DNA of 64,000 nucleotides from the NCBI GenBank assembly GCA_964467915.1, contig CAYXSW010000001.1:70597-134596 (forward strand), given 5' to 3'. The notes beneath the pieces were generated by a model. The model searched no databases and had not been told where the DNA came from. It worked only from the letters and a program-made list of their open reading frames with translations. The translations under genes and the position numbers were made by a program. Origin of the DNA: an uncultured Marinoscillum sp. (GTDB lineage Bacteria; Bacteroidota; Bacteroidia; Cytophagales; MED-G16). This document shows positions 17,729-27,542 of this stretch, one piece after another (within the stretch, counting starts at the first letter, position 1; each line of letters begins with the position of its first letter).

Positions 17729-19670
17729 ATTTTATAGTTTAATAGCACTTTTCTGTTTCTTTTTGGTCTCTATATCTCACGCTCAAATATTAGAGCCAAT
17801 AAAATGGGATATCAGTATTGATAGTTCTGATCACGAATCAAACAACTTATTCAATTTTATCTTTAAACCAACAACCGAGGTTGGTTGGTATATATATTCT
17901 AGCGACAATGATCCAAATAGTGGACCCCGAACTGAGTTTGAGTTTAATGCAAATAAAACCTACACGCTTAATGGTGACGTTATTCCAATAAATGTTAAAA
18001 CAAAGTTTGATGAGGTTTGGGGTTCTGATGTTCGATATTTAGATAATACAGGATATTTTTCACAGGCCATAAAACCAGTTGGTGATAATATCTCTGTAAG
18101 TGGATACATATCTTATCAAGTCTGTTCAGAAATTGAAAAAATGTGTATACCACTAGAAAAAGATTTTATTTTTTTTAATGATTCCCCCACAGAGACACTT
18201 GTCTATAAAGAAGAAATTTTAAGTTTTGAAGAAGAAAAGTCTTTAGTGTCTTTTATGCTGGTCTCTTTTTTTGCAGGCTTCTTAGCTATACTTACTCCTT
18301 GTGTTTTTCCAATGATACCTCTCACTGTGTCATATTTTACTAATAATAAAAGTGATAAAAAATCTTATTTTGACGCTATTTTTTTTGGCTTTTCAATTGT
18401 TTTTATTTTCACCTTTTTAGGTGTTTTTTTGTCTGTACTAATGGGCCCTCAGTCTGCAAATGAGATAGCAACCTCTTGGCTACCAAATATTTTATTTTTT
18501 GTTTTATTTATTGCTTTTGGAATCTCATTAATTGGGTTTTATGAATTAACTCTACCCTCAAGTTTTATTACCTCAATTGATAAAAAGTCTCAGCAAGGGG
18601 GACTTGTTGGCATTTTCTTTATGGCTTTTACGTTGGTGTTGGTTTCTTTTTCTTGTATCGGGCCATTAGTTGGAAGTATATTAGTTCAGTCTGCCAGCGG
18701 ATTACAAATTAAACCAGCTCTCGGAATGCTTTCATTCTCTTTAGCCTTTGCCTTACCTTTTACTTTGTTAGCAATTTTTCCACAGAAATTAAAGAGTTTG
18801 CCTAAATCAGGAAACTGGATGGTGACATTAAGGATTATCTTGGGATTTGTTGTAATAGCTTTTTCACTCAAATTTTTAAGTGTAGTTGACAAGGCCTATC
18901 ATTTCAATATTTTAAATAGAGACTTCTTTTTAATTATTTGGTCTTCTCTGTTTTTTATTTTAGCGTGTTATTTGTTAGGCTTTATGAAACTTTCTGATGG
19001 CTTCATTAAAACAAAAAACTATAAAGTGAGAATTTTAGGAATCTTTTTTGTGTCTTTATCTTTATATTTTGTCAGTGGTTTGTTTGGCAATAGACTACCT
19101 TATTTTGCCGCTTATTTACCCCCAACACAACCTACATACATAGACATAAAAACATTTTCTCGTAAATCTTTTTTTGAAGATGAAGGACGAGAACTTTCAT
19201 CAAATGTTAAATATTCTGATATTTTAAAACTACCCCATAATCTTCAGGGCTTTTTTGATTATATACAAGCTTTAGGTTATGCAAGAAAAGTAAACAAACC
19301 GATACTATTGGATTTTACTGGCCATGGGTGTGTAAACTGTCGAGACATCGAATCAAGAGTTTGGCCTGATGAGAGAGTTAGAAATTATCTAAACAACAAA
19401 TATGTATTATTATCTCTGTATGTTGATGACAAGACAGAGTTACCAAGTTCAGACTGGTACACATCAAAATATGATTCTAAAATCAAAAAAACAATAGGCA
19501 AACAAAATGCTGATTTTCAAATAACAAGATTTAATAATAACGCACAACCCTTTTATGTGATATTAGATCCTTTTTCTGAAAAGATTATTTACAAACCATG
19601 GGGATATGAACTAAACATCGATAAATATTTGTATCACTTAGAAAATGGAATTGAAATTTTTTATGATTAA
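17718..19670 (+). CDS. dsbD: DsbD-family thiol:disulfide interchange protein (N-terminal periplasmic domain, CcdA-like TM core, C-terminal thioredoxin domain)
   Basis: Signal peptide, TM-core cysteines in LTPCVFPMIPL and SFSCIGPLVG, and a thioredoxin motif GHGCVNCR. Confidence 0.8.
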   Translation: MKNRFYSLIALFCFFLVSISHAQILEPIKWDISIDSSDHESNNLFNFIFKPTTEVGWYIYSSDNDPNSGPRTEFEFNANKTYTLNGDVIPINVKTKFDEVWGSDVRYLDNTGYFSQAIKPVGDNISVSGYISYQVCSEIEKMCIPLEKDFIFFNDSPTETLVYKEEILSFEEEKSLVSFMLVSFFAGFLAILTPCVFPMIPLTVSYFTNNKSDKKSYFDAIFFGFSIVFIFTFLGVFLSVLMGPQSANEIATSWLPNILFFVLFIAFGISLIGFYELTLPSSFITSIDKKSQQGGLVGIFFMAFTLVLVSFSCIGPLVGSILVQSASGLQIKPALGMLSFSLAFALPFTLLAIFPQKLKSLPKSGNWMVTLRIILGFVVIAFSLKFLSVVDKAYHFNILNRDFFLIIWSSLFFILACYLLGFMKLSDGFIKTKNYKVRILGIFFVSLSLYFVSGLFGNRLPYFAAYLPPTQPTYIDIKTFSRKSFFEDEGRELSSNVKYSDILKLPHNLQGFFDYIQALGYARKVNKPILLDFTGHGCVNCRDIESRVWPDERVRNYLNNKYVLLSLYVDDKTELPSSDWYTSKYDSKIKKTIGKQNADFQITRFNNNAQPFYVILDPFSEKIIYKPWGYELNIDKYLYHLENGIEIFYD

Positions 19671-20889
19671 TAGATTTATTTTATTTATTCTTTTTTTTTG
19701 TCTTATATCCTGCGATAAGAATAAAAACAAGTTCTTAGAAAAGAATACTAGTGAAGAAGTAATGCTTCAAGAAAAAGAAATTTTACCTACAGAGTTTCGA
19801 TATGGAATAAATTTAGATTCGTTCTCATACACAACTAAAAAAATCAGATGGGGGCAAAGTTTTTCTGATATTTTATCAAAAAATGGGGTTTCAAATAAAG
19901 TTGTCTACGAAGCTTCTCAAAAATCAAAAGGAGTGTTTAATTTAAGAAACCTTAAGAAAGGAAAAGAATATTCTTTATTTTTTAAAAATGGAAGAAAGAT
20001 ACCTTCATATTTCATTTATGAGTCTAGTAAGTACGATTACATTTTATGTAAATTAGATGTCCCTATTTCTTTTGAAAAAATAAGTAAACCTATAATTTAT
20101 AAAGAAAAAAAAATATCTGGAGAAATTAATTCAAGCCTATACCTAAGTTTTTCAGACAACAATTATCCTCTCGACTTAGTTAATTTAATGGTTGATGTTT
20201 ATGCTTGGCAGGTTGATTTTTTTAGAATAATGCCTGGAGATAAATACACAATAATTTATGTTGAAGAAATCATTGACAATAAAGTGGTTGGTGTCCAACA
20301 AATAAAGGCCGCAAAACTTATTCATAATAACAACACTTATTATTCCATAAACTATGATCAAGGATTTGGAAATGATTTTTTTGATGAACAAGGTAAGAGC
20401 TTAAGAAAAACATTTTTAAGGGCACCTCTTAATTTCTATAGAATATCATCAAAATTTCAAAAAAAAAGGTTTCATCCTGTTCTAAAAAGATATAGAGACC
20501 ACTTAGGAACCGATTACGCAGCCCCAAGAGGCACACCAATTATGAGCGTGGCTGATGGTAAAATTATTGAAGCGCGTTACGGAAGAAACAATGGAAATTA
20601 TGTTAAGATTAAACATAATAATATATATACAACCCAATACCTTCACATGTCAAGATTTGGAAAGGGAATTAAAAAAGGAAAAACAATAAAACAAGGAGAA
20701 GTTATTGGATACGTTGGCTCTACTGGCTTAGCTACAGGACCTCATGTGTGTTTTAGATTTTGGAGAAACGGAAGACAGGTGGACCCTTATAAACAAAATG
20801 ATTTACCAGAAGGAGATCCTATATTGAAAGATCATGAAAACGCTTTTCAATATGTAAAAGAAAAATATGTTGAGAGGCTGAAGGGGTAA
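19663..20889 (+). CDS. M23-family metallopeptidase lipoprotein
   Basis: Lipobox FFCLISC. M23 catalytic motifs HLGTDYAAPRGTPI and YLHMSRF...GYVGSTGLATGPHVCF. Confidence 0.85.
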   Translation: MINRFILFILFFCLISCDKNKNKFLEKNTSEEVMLQEKEILPTEFRYGINLDSFSYTTKKIRWGQSFSDILSKNGVSNKVVYEASQKSKGVFNLRNLKKGKEYSLFFKNGRKIPSYFIYESSKYDYILCKLDVPISFEKISKPIIYKEKKISGEINSSLYLSFSDNNYPLDLVNLMVDVYAWQVDFFRIMPGDKYTIIYVEEIIDNKVVGVQQIKAAKLIHNNNTYYSINYDQGFGNDFFDEQGKSLRKTFLRAPLNFYRISSKFQKKRFHPVLKRYRDHLGTDYAAPRGTPIMSVADGKIIEARYGRNNGNYVKIKHNNIYTTQYLHMSRFGKGIKKGKTIKQGEVIGYVGSTGLATGPHVCFRFWRNGRQVDPYKQNDLPEGDPILKDHENAFQYVKEKYVERLKG

Positions 20890-20893
20890 CTTT

Positions 20894-22327
20894 TTAGAAA
20901 AACCCTTCTGCTTTCACCGCAACTTCTTTAATTACTTTAAATAAGAAATCAATGTCTTTTTTATCTCTTCTATGATTTACACAATTAATTCTTAACACAT
21001 ATTCTTTATTTATTTTTGTTCCTGAAAAGAATATCCTACCATCTTCTTCAATCATGTCTGTAATTTTCTTATTCATAAGAGAATCAGAAACATTTTTAAT
21101 TTTGCTCTTGTATTTAAAACAAAATATTGAAAGTTCAGGAAAATGAAGCGGTACAAAAGAAGAGTCATTTTCTGCTATTTCATAGGCGTATCTGGCCATT
21201 GATATATCGTTTTTTATTCCTTTTTTTATGTTTCTATATCCATATGTTTTTATTGTCATCCAAACTTTTAATGCCTTAAAATCTTTTGATAATTGTATGC
21301 TGTAATTCATTAAATCATCTCTTTCTTTGTTTTCTATTCCACCAAGTAGGTACTCAGGGACAAAGCTAAATGTTTTTTTTAGTGCGTCTTTGTCTTTTAC
21401 TATCACACAAGCCACCTCAAAAGGAACAAACATCCACTTATGAGGATTGACTAATATTGAATCAGCTCTTTCTATTCCTTCGAAAACACTATTTAATTTT
21501 TTAATGCTTGCGGCTGGCCCACCGTAGGCAGCATCAACCATAAACCAAAGGTTAAATTCATTACTTATTTTAGCTAATAATTTTAACGGGTCTACTGATC
21601 CGGTATTTGTTGTCCCGGCTATACCAATAACTCCTATAGGTTGGTGTCCTTTTCTGATATCTTCTTTTATTGTTTTTGTAAGCAAATGGGTATCAATTTT
21701 AAAATTTTTAGTTTTTATTTTAATTAGATTATTGGTTCCCAAACCAAGAACATCCATCGCCTTATCAATGCTGGAATGTGCTTCTTGTGACACATAGACT
21801 CTCATTCTCTTGTTTCCATAAATTCCTTCTTTAGAAAGATTTGAGGCCCCTTTCATTTTTCGCATTACCGCAATATTCATAAGGTTAGCAACAGATCCAC
21901 CACTTACTAGCACTCCACCGCTTTTCTTATGATTATAACCTATAAATTTAGAGATCCATTCTATTGTAATTTTTTCTATTTCACTATTTGCTGGAGCACT
22001 ATGCCACTTTAAATTATTTTGATTCAACGCACTTTTTATAAACTCACCTAGTATTCCTATTTGATTTCCACCTCCGGTTATATACCCATAATAATTTGGG
22101 CTAGGATTAAAATTAGAATACTTTATGAGATTTTGGTTAAGGTGTTCTATGACCTCTGAAGGGTCGGTTTTTTTGTTTTTAGTATTTATTTTAAATGTCT
22201 TTCTTATTTCTTTTGGTGAACTGTTATTATATATTTTTTTTCCTCTTAAATTATTTGAGTACCAATCTTCAATCATTCTATATGATTGGTCTAATAGTTT
22301 ACTAAACTTTTTGTTTGAAAAATCCAC
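20894..22327 (-). CDS. Group II pyridoxal-phosphate-dependent amino-acid decarboxylase, substrate unknown
   Basis: 477 aa. SGGSVANLM, a DAAYGG segment and the PLP-lysine motif NPHKWMFVPFE, typical of the aromatic/DABA/glutamate decarboxylase fold. Confidence 0.85.
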   Translation of the reverse strand: MDFSNKKFSKLLDQSYRMIEDWYSNNLRGKKIYNNSSPKEIRKTFKINTKNKKTDPSEVIEHLNQNLIKYSNFNPSPNYYGYITGGGNQIGILGEFIKSALNQNNLKWHSAPANSEIEKITIEWISKFIGYNHKKSGGVLVSGGSVANLMNIAVMRKMKGASNLSKEGIYGNKRMRVYVSQEAHSSIDKAMDVLGLGTNNLIKIKTKNFKIDTHLLTKTIKEDIRKGHQPIGVIGIAGTTNTGSVDPLKLLAKISNEFNLWFMVDAAYGGPAASIKKLNSVFEGIERADSILVNPHKWMFVPFEVACVIVKDKDALKKTFSFVPEYLLGGIENKERDDLMNYSIQLSKDFKALKVWMTIKTYGYRNIKKGIKNDISMARYAYEIAENDSSFVPLHFPELSIFCFKYKSKIKNVSDSLMNKKITDMIEEDGRIFFSGTKINKEYVLRINCVNHRRDKKDIDFLFKVIKEVAVKAEGFF

Positions 22328-22328
22328 G

Positions 22329-22655
22329 TTACTTATTTTTATACTCTTCTCTGGGTGGAGTAAAAATATCTATTAACTCACATTCGGTAAGTGCTTTTCC
22401 AGAGTGATTGACATTAGACGGTATAATTATAACCTCATTTTCTTTTAACACTTCTTTTTTTGATTTAACTGTTAACTCAAACAACCCCTTTTTTACATAA
22501 AGGCATTGTTCATGAAAATGATTGTGAAGAGGAACTGTTGCGTTTTTTTTTACACTCCAAAAGGCTAAGCTCATTTTATTTCCATGAATAAACTTCCCTA
22601 GGAAGCCAGGTATTATTTCATTTTCTGAAATTTTATTTAGTTTATTTATTTTCAT
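22329..22655 (-). CDS. Small metal-binding cupin-domain protein
   Basis: 108 aa. Cupin motif 1 PLHNHFHEQCLYVKKG and motif 2 IIIPSNVNHSG. Confidence 0.75.
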   Translation of the reverse strand: MKINKLNKISENEIIPGFLGKFIHGNKMSLAFWSVKKNATVPLHNHFHEQCLYVKKGLFELTVKSKKEVLKENEVIIIPSNVNHSGKALTECELIDIFTPPREEYKNK

Positions 22656-23532
22656 GTTTTTTGTGCCAATATCTTTTTATTCCAGACACACTCATATACG
22701 GTGGGTTTGCGGCAAAGTATTGATCAATTAATTTTTTTTCTATTTTTTCTTTTTTTAATTCACTTAAAACGTATTCATTAAATTTAGTTGTTAATAGACT
22801 ATTGGTTCTATACTTTAAACTATTAATCTTAATCCAATCAAACCATAGTTTTAAAGTTTTTCTTAGTTCACCAAAATGGACTTTAATATTGTGGTGCTCT
22901 CCAAAATGAGTTAAATACAACTTCTCTGGTTTTTCTTTCTCAATAGTTTTTATACTTTTCTCCCATAACTCTAAATTTATATCGGGCGGAGGGCAAGCTG
23001 GCATCACTGGGCCGTTTTCTATTTTAGCTCCAGCCACATCTCCTGTAAAAATTATATTATTAAGTTTCCACGCTATATGATGATTGGCGTGTCCAGGAGT
23101 ATATAATGCCTTGAAATTATAGTTGTCAATTTTTATGAACTCATTATCTTTTACTCTATAAATTCTTTTTGAGTCTATTTTCTCGACTTTACCCCATAAT
23201 TTATCCATTTTGTCTCCATAGATCCTAGTGGCAGAAGCAATAAGTTTTTCCGGATTTTCTAAGTGCGTGGCTCCTTTTGGGTGGACATATATATTTGCTC
23301 CGTTCTTAGCGAATCTCCATGCCCCACCTGAATGGTCTAAGTGTATATGTGTGACAAACACGTGTTTAATTTTATTAATGTCTTCACCTAATTCTAAAAT
23401 TTTTTTTTCAATTTGAGAATATGAATTAGATGGCCCCGTCTCTACTAGGATAAGATTTGCCTCTGATTTTATTAAAAAACAAGCAACTGCTGATTTGAAA
23501 CCTTGAAAATTTATATCAATAATTTTAATCAT
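22642..23532 (-). CDS. MBL-fold metallo-hydrolase
   Basis: THIHLDHSGG (HxHxDH) motif, later YTPGHANHH and TGD...LTHFG elements. Confidence 0.8.
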   Translation of the reverse strand: MIKIIDINFQGFKSAVACFLIKSEANLILVETGPSNSYSQIEKKILELGEDINKIKHVFVTHIHLDHSGGAWRFAKNGANIYVHPKGATHLENPEKLIASATRIYGDKMDKLWGKVEKIDSKRIYRVKDNEFIKIDNYNFKALYTPGHANHHIAWKLNNIIFTGDVAGAKIENGPVMPACPPPDINLELWEKSIKTIEKEKPEKLYLTHFGEHHNIKVHFGELRKTLKLWFDWIKINSLKYRTNSLLTTKFNEYVLSELKKEKIEKKLIDQYFAANPPYMSVSGIKRYWHKKHENK

Positions 23533-23557
23533 ATTTACTAAAATTAATTAAGTATTT

Positions 23558-24055
23558 ATGTTATCAAAAAATTCACCTCAAATTTTTCAAGATTTTATGC
23601 CTGGAAACATCTGTTTCGGTTGTGGTAAAAACACCAAAAATGGCCTCCATGTAAAAAGTTTTTGGGATGGAAAAACGTCACTATGTGAATGGGAGCCAAA
23701 AAATTATCATCAAGGTTGGCCCAAAATCATGAATGGCGGGATAATAGCTACAATAATAGATTGCCATTCGATGGGTACAGCAATGGCTTATGCTTTAAAA
23801 CACGAGAAAAGGAGACTAGGGTCTTTGCCCGAATACAAATACGCAACAGGTATGCTGAGTGTGAAATATATTACCCCCACCCCTAACTTGCCAGTCAGGC
23901 TTAAAGCTTCCGTCATGTCATATTCAGATACAAAGGTTTTAATAGGATGTGAGTTAATACCTATAAAACTTGATAGGGTTACAGTGACGGCAGAAGTTGT
24001 AGCTTTTAGGGTTTATGATAGCAGTAAAGCAACGGACAATGAGTTTCAATCTTAA
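23558..24055 (+). CDS. PaaI-family hotdog-fold thioesterase with N-terminal zinc-ribbon-like CxxC
   Basis: NICFGCGKNTKNGLH followed by MNGGIIATIIDCHSMGTAM, as in PaaI/YbgC-type thioesterases. Confidence 0.7.
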   Translation: MLSKNSPQIFQDFMPGNICFGCGKNTKNGLHVKSFWDGKTSLCEWEPKNYHQGWPKIMNGGIIATIIDCHSMGTAMAYALKHEKRRLGSLPEYKYATGMLSVKYITPTPNLPVRLKASVMSYSDTKVLIGCELIPIKLDRVTVTAEVVAFRVYDSSKATDNEFQS

Positions 24056-24801
24056 TTTTCAGAGACGTAAATAATTCCCCCTAAAAGCATTTTAATAAAC
24101 CTCTCGTCCGCATAAACCTCACTCCTATGTCCTAACCCCGTATAAAACGATCTTCCTCCATCATACTCTTGAAACCAAGTGATGGGGTGATTTGTTCCGT
24201 TCTCCCCACCATTATAGCTTGACTCGTCCAAGCTAAGTAAAACATTTATATCAGGCTTTATATCTTTATAGTTATACCATTCATCAGTAATTTCCCAACT
24301 CTCATCTAGGTGAGCAGTCGCAATATGTTTAAGGTTTGACGTGATAACTCTTGCCTTCTGAATTGCAGGGTGACTTTTAAAATATCCACCTACAAGCTTT
24401 CCGTACCATTCCCAATCATATTCAGTGTCTGCAGCAGAGTGTATTCCAACATAACCACCCCCTGTCTTTATAAACTCTTCAATCATGGCTTGCTCTTCTT
24501 GGTTTAACACATCTAATGTCGTGCACAAGAAAACAATAACATCTGTTTTTTTTAATTCTTTTTTTGAAATAAACTTTGAACTGTTTGTGTGGGTAACATT
24601 AAAGTTGTTTTCAGAGCCAAGCTTTGTAATAAGCTGAGTTCCTTCTCTAATTGCATCGTGATGAACAAAACCTTGGGTTTCAGTTAAAATCAAAACGGTA
24701 AAGTTGCTATTACTTGATTTATATGTTTCTTTAATAAACTCTTTTACTTGTGTGCAGTTTATTAAACTTATAAGAAGAATTAGGGAAAGTTTTGAAATCA
24801 T
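24052..24801 (-). CDS. ThuA-domain (class I glutamine-amidotransferase-like) lipoprotein
   Basis: Lipobox LISLINC. GGGYVGIHSAADTEYDWEWYGKLVGGYFKSHP and TWFQEYDGGRSFYTGLGH are typical of the ThuA family. Confidence 0.75.
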   Translation of the reverse strand: MISKLSLILLISLINCTQVKEFIKETYKSSNSNFTVLILTETQGFVHHDAIREGTQLITKLGSENNFNVTHTNSSKFISKKELKKTDVIVFLCTTLDVLNQEEQAMIEEFIKTGGGYVGIHSAADTEYDWEWYGKLVGGYFKSHPAIQKARVITSNLKHIATAHLDESWEITDEWYNYKDIKPDINVLLSLDESSYNGGENGTNHPITWFQEYDGGRSFYTGLGHRSEVYADERFIKMLLGGIIYVSEN

Positions 24802-24826
24802 TTTTAATGTTAACTTTATAAATATA

Positions 24827-25708
24827 ATGAAATTACAAGTTTTAATTCTGGTAGTTCTCTTGGGCTGTAATAATAATGCTATCGCCCCCTTCGAATATGA
24901 AGAGTGGAAAACAAAAAGAAAGTCTGCACTTTATGCTGAAGATGGATATTTAAATCTTGCTGGGCTATATCCAATTGAAGGCGGCACCTATACAATTGGC
25001 TCAGGTAAATATAATGACATAAAGTTTCCTGAAAGTTTCCCTGAAAATTTTGGAACAGTTTTAGTGCAAGACTCTATTATTAATTTTAATTTCAACGAAC
25101 ACGTATACATGAATGACTCTATTGTATCTAAATTATTCAAATATAATTATTACAAAAAATCAAATAATTTTAAATATGGTCCTTTTGTTTGGTATGTTCA
25201 CATGGATTCGGGAGTTAAAGGGCTCAGGCTTAGAAACATTCAACATCCGTTGTTAGATAATAATTTAAATATTGAGTTTTACCCTTATGACCCAAACATG
25301 ATTATAAAAGCAAAATACAAAAAGTATAATCAGCCAGTAATAAAAAAATTAAATAATATTCAAGGGGGGTTTTTTAATGACACTATTCCTGGGGTTATTC
25401 ATTTTGCATTTAACAATGTGCAGCACACACTACAACCAACATTATCTTCTTCTGGTAAATTTTTTATTGTGTTTGGAGATAAGACGAATGGTAAAGAAAC
25501 TTATGGGGGAGGTAGATTTTTGTATCTTTTTCCTCCCGAAAAAGAAGAGGATTTAATTATTGATTTTAACAAAGCTTATAATCCTCCTTGTGTTTTTTCA
25601 ACATTTACAACTTGTCCAGTTCCATCAAAAGAAAATATTTTAACTTTTGAAGTTAATGCTGGGGAAAAAAAGTATAATGGAATTCTTTTTAGTAGTGTCT
25701 ATCAATAA
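24827..25708 (+). CDS. DUF1684-domain lipoprotein
   Basis: The internal ATG at 24827 gives MKLQVLILVVLLGCNNN (lipobox). The C-terminal GGGRFLY...IDFNKAYNPPCVFSTFTTCPVPSKEN matches the DUF1684 signature as I recall it. The track's longer start at 24704 would overlap the divergent ThuA gene. Confidence 0.65.
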   Translation: MKLQVLILVVLLGCNNNAIAPFEYEEWKTKRKSALYAEDGYLNLAGLYPIEGGTYTIGSGKYNDIKFPESFPENFGTVLVQDSIINFNFNEHVYMNDSIVSKLFKYNYYKKSNNFKYGPFVWYVHMDSGVKGLRLRNIQHPLLDNNLNIEFYPYDPNMIIKAKYKKYNQPVIKKLNNIQGGFFNDTIPGVIHFAFNNVQHTLQPTLSSSGKFFIVFGDKTNGKETYGGGRFLYLFPPEKEEDLIIDFNKAYNPPCVFSTFTTCPVPSKENILTFEVNAGEKKYNGILFSSVYQ

Positions 25709-25728
25709 TTTGTTATAAATTTAATGCA

Positions 25729-26667
25729 ATGTTAAGAAGAACTTTTATTCAAAAATCCCTTTTCTCTTTACCCTTAATTTCTTCGGGTTCGTTATATAGT
25801 TTTGATAAAAACACATCTGATTTACAAATTGGACTTGCACAGTGGTCTTTTCATCGAACAATTCGATCCGGCAAATTAGATAACTTGGATTTTGCTAAAA
25901 CAGCCAAGGAAAAGTTTGATATTAATGTTGTTGAATATGTAAATCAGTTTTTTTTTAATAAGGCAAAAGACTTAAGCTACTTGTCAGATATGAAAAGCAG
26001 AGCTCATGATGTTGGTGTTAAAAACTTATTGATTATGATAGATGACGAAGGCAGCTTAGGGGATTCCAATAAAAACAAAAGAAATAAAGCAATTGATAAT
26101 CATAAAAAGTGGGTAGAGGCAGCAAGACACCTTGATTGTGATAACATTAGAGTTAACGCCCAGGGAGACGGAACTGAACTAGAGGTTTCTAAATTTGCAT
26201 CTGAGTCTCTTTCAGTACTTGGTGAGTTTGCGAGTCCTTTTGATATTAATGTTATAGTAGAAAACCACGGGGGGTATTCCTCAAACGCAAAATGGTTAGT
26301 AGGCGTAATTAAAAATTCAGGCGTAAAAAACGTGGGGACGCTTCCTGATTTTGGAAACTTTTGTGTCAAATCAAAGCCTAATCAACTTTCGGACTGGGGA
26401 GGATTAGATGGTTGTGCAGTCGAGTATGATAAATATTTAGGAGTTGAAGAAATGTTGCCTTATGCTAGGAGTGTAAGCGCAAAATCATTAAGCTTTGATA
26501 AGGACGGAAATTCAGTTGAAATAGATTTTTATAAAATGATGAAAATAATTAAAAACTTTGGTTACAATGGGTGTATTTCTATAGAGTATGAGGGCACTAG
26601 TCATTCTGAATCTGAAGGGATCATGTTAACAAAGAAGTTATTACAAAAAGCGTGGGATTCTGCCTAA
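25729..26667 (+). CDS. Xylose-isomerase-like TIM-barrel protein (sugar phosphate isomerase/epimerase family) with Tat-type signal
   Basis: N-terminal MLRRTFIQKSLF...; the IRVNAQGD and VIVENHGG pattern is typical of the AP-endonuclease-2/xylose-isomerase-like TIM family. Confidence 0.75.
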   Translation: MLRRTFIQKSLFSLPLISSGSLYSFDKNTSDLQIGLAQWSFHRTIRSGKLDNLDFAKTAKEKFDINVVEYVNQFFFNKAKDLSYLSDMKSRAHDVGVKNLLIMIDDEGSLGDSNKNKRNKAIDNHKKWVEAARHLDCDNIRVNAQGDGTELEVSKFASESLSVLGEFASPFDINVIVENHGGYSSNAKWLVGVIKNSGVKNVGTLPDFGNFCVKSKPNQLSDWGGLDGCAVEYDKYLGVEEMLPYARSVSAKSLSFDKDGNSVEIDFYKMMKIIKNFGYNGCISIEYEGTSHSESEGIMLTKKLLQKAWDSA

Positions 26668-27542
26668 TTTTTTCTTCCATTTATAAATACTCCAATTAAA
26701 ATCAATGCCATACCAAAAAGCTGTATTTCGTTAATCTTTTCTCCATCGATCACACCTAAGGAGATTGCAACCAGAGGCATTAAATAAGTTACCATTGAAG
26801 CAAATACGGTATCTTTAATTTTAATCAGATTATAAAAAATGATTGTTGCCATTGATGTGCCTATAACCCCAAGCAAAAAAACATAACCAAATTCAACTTT
26901 AAAATCATTAAAATCATTTAAGTGGGATTGAAAGGGAGACAGAAAAAATAATATATAAATAGATATAGGTAGAATAGAAACTATAGAAAAACTTGTAATA
27001 GTAATGGGTTGCAAATGATTTAAGTGATATTTTACTAAGTTTAGGTTTATACCATACAACATGGTGGCGGCAACAACAAATAAACCAAATAAATCAGCAT
27101 TGAAACCATCTGAGGTACCGGTAAATAAAATTAAAAGTAAGGTCCCTATAAACCCAGTTATTAATCCAACGATATTGTTTTTTGTGGCTTTTAATTTGTA
27201 GAATATAATTCCAATAATTAAAGCAAAAAAAGGAGTTAATGATGTTAATACTCCTGAAGTAGCGCTATCTATTTTTGTTTGCGCTATTGGGTACAAAAAA
27301 TAAGGTATAACATTACCGACAACACCAGATATAAAAAGAATAGTATAGTCTTTTTTTTGAATTTCTTTTAAGTTCTTTAAAAGAAAAGGCATTAAAACAA
27401 AAGATGCTAATGCTAATCTTAGAGCTCCAATTTCAAAAGGATCTAACGAAACTAAAGCTTTTTTTATTAGTATCGGAGAACTCCCCCATATTAAGGCAAG
27501 AAGAATTAATAAAGTCCAAGCCATTATGTTTTTATTCTTCAT
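26664..27542 (-). CDS. EamA/DMT-family transporter
   Basis: 292 aa, about 10 TM helices in two EamA-like halves. Confidence 0.8.
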   Translation of the reverse strand: MKNKNIMAWTLLILLALIWGSSPILIKKALVSLDPFEIGALRLALASFVLMPFLLKNLKEIQKKDYTILFISGVVGNVIPYFLYPIAQTKIDSATSGVLTSLTPFFALIIGIIFYKLKATKNNIVGLITGFIGTLLLILFTGTSDGFNADLFGLFVVAATMLYGINLNLVKYHLNHLQPITITSFSIVSILPISIYILFFLSPFQSHLNDFNDFKVEFGYVFLLGVIGTSMATIIFYNLIKIKDTVFASMVTYLMPLVAISLGVIDGEKINEIQLFGMALILIGVFINGRKN

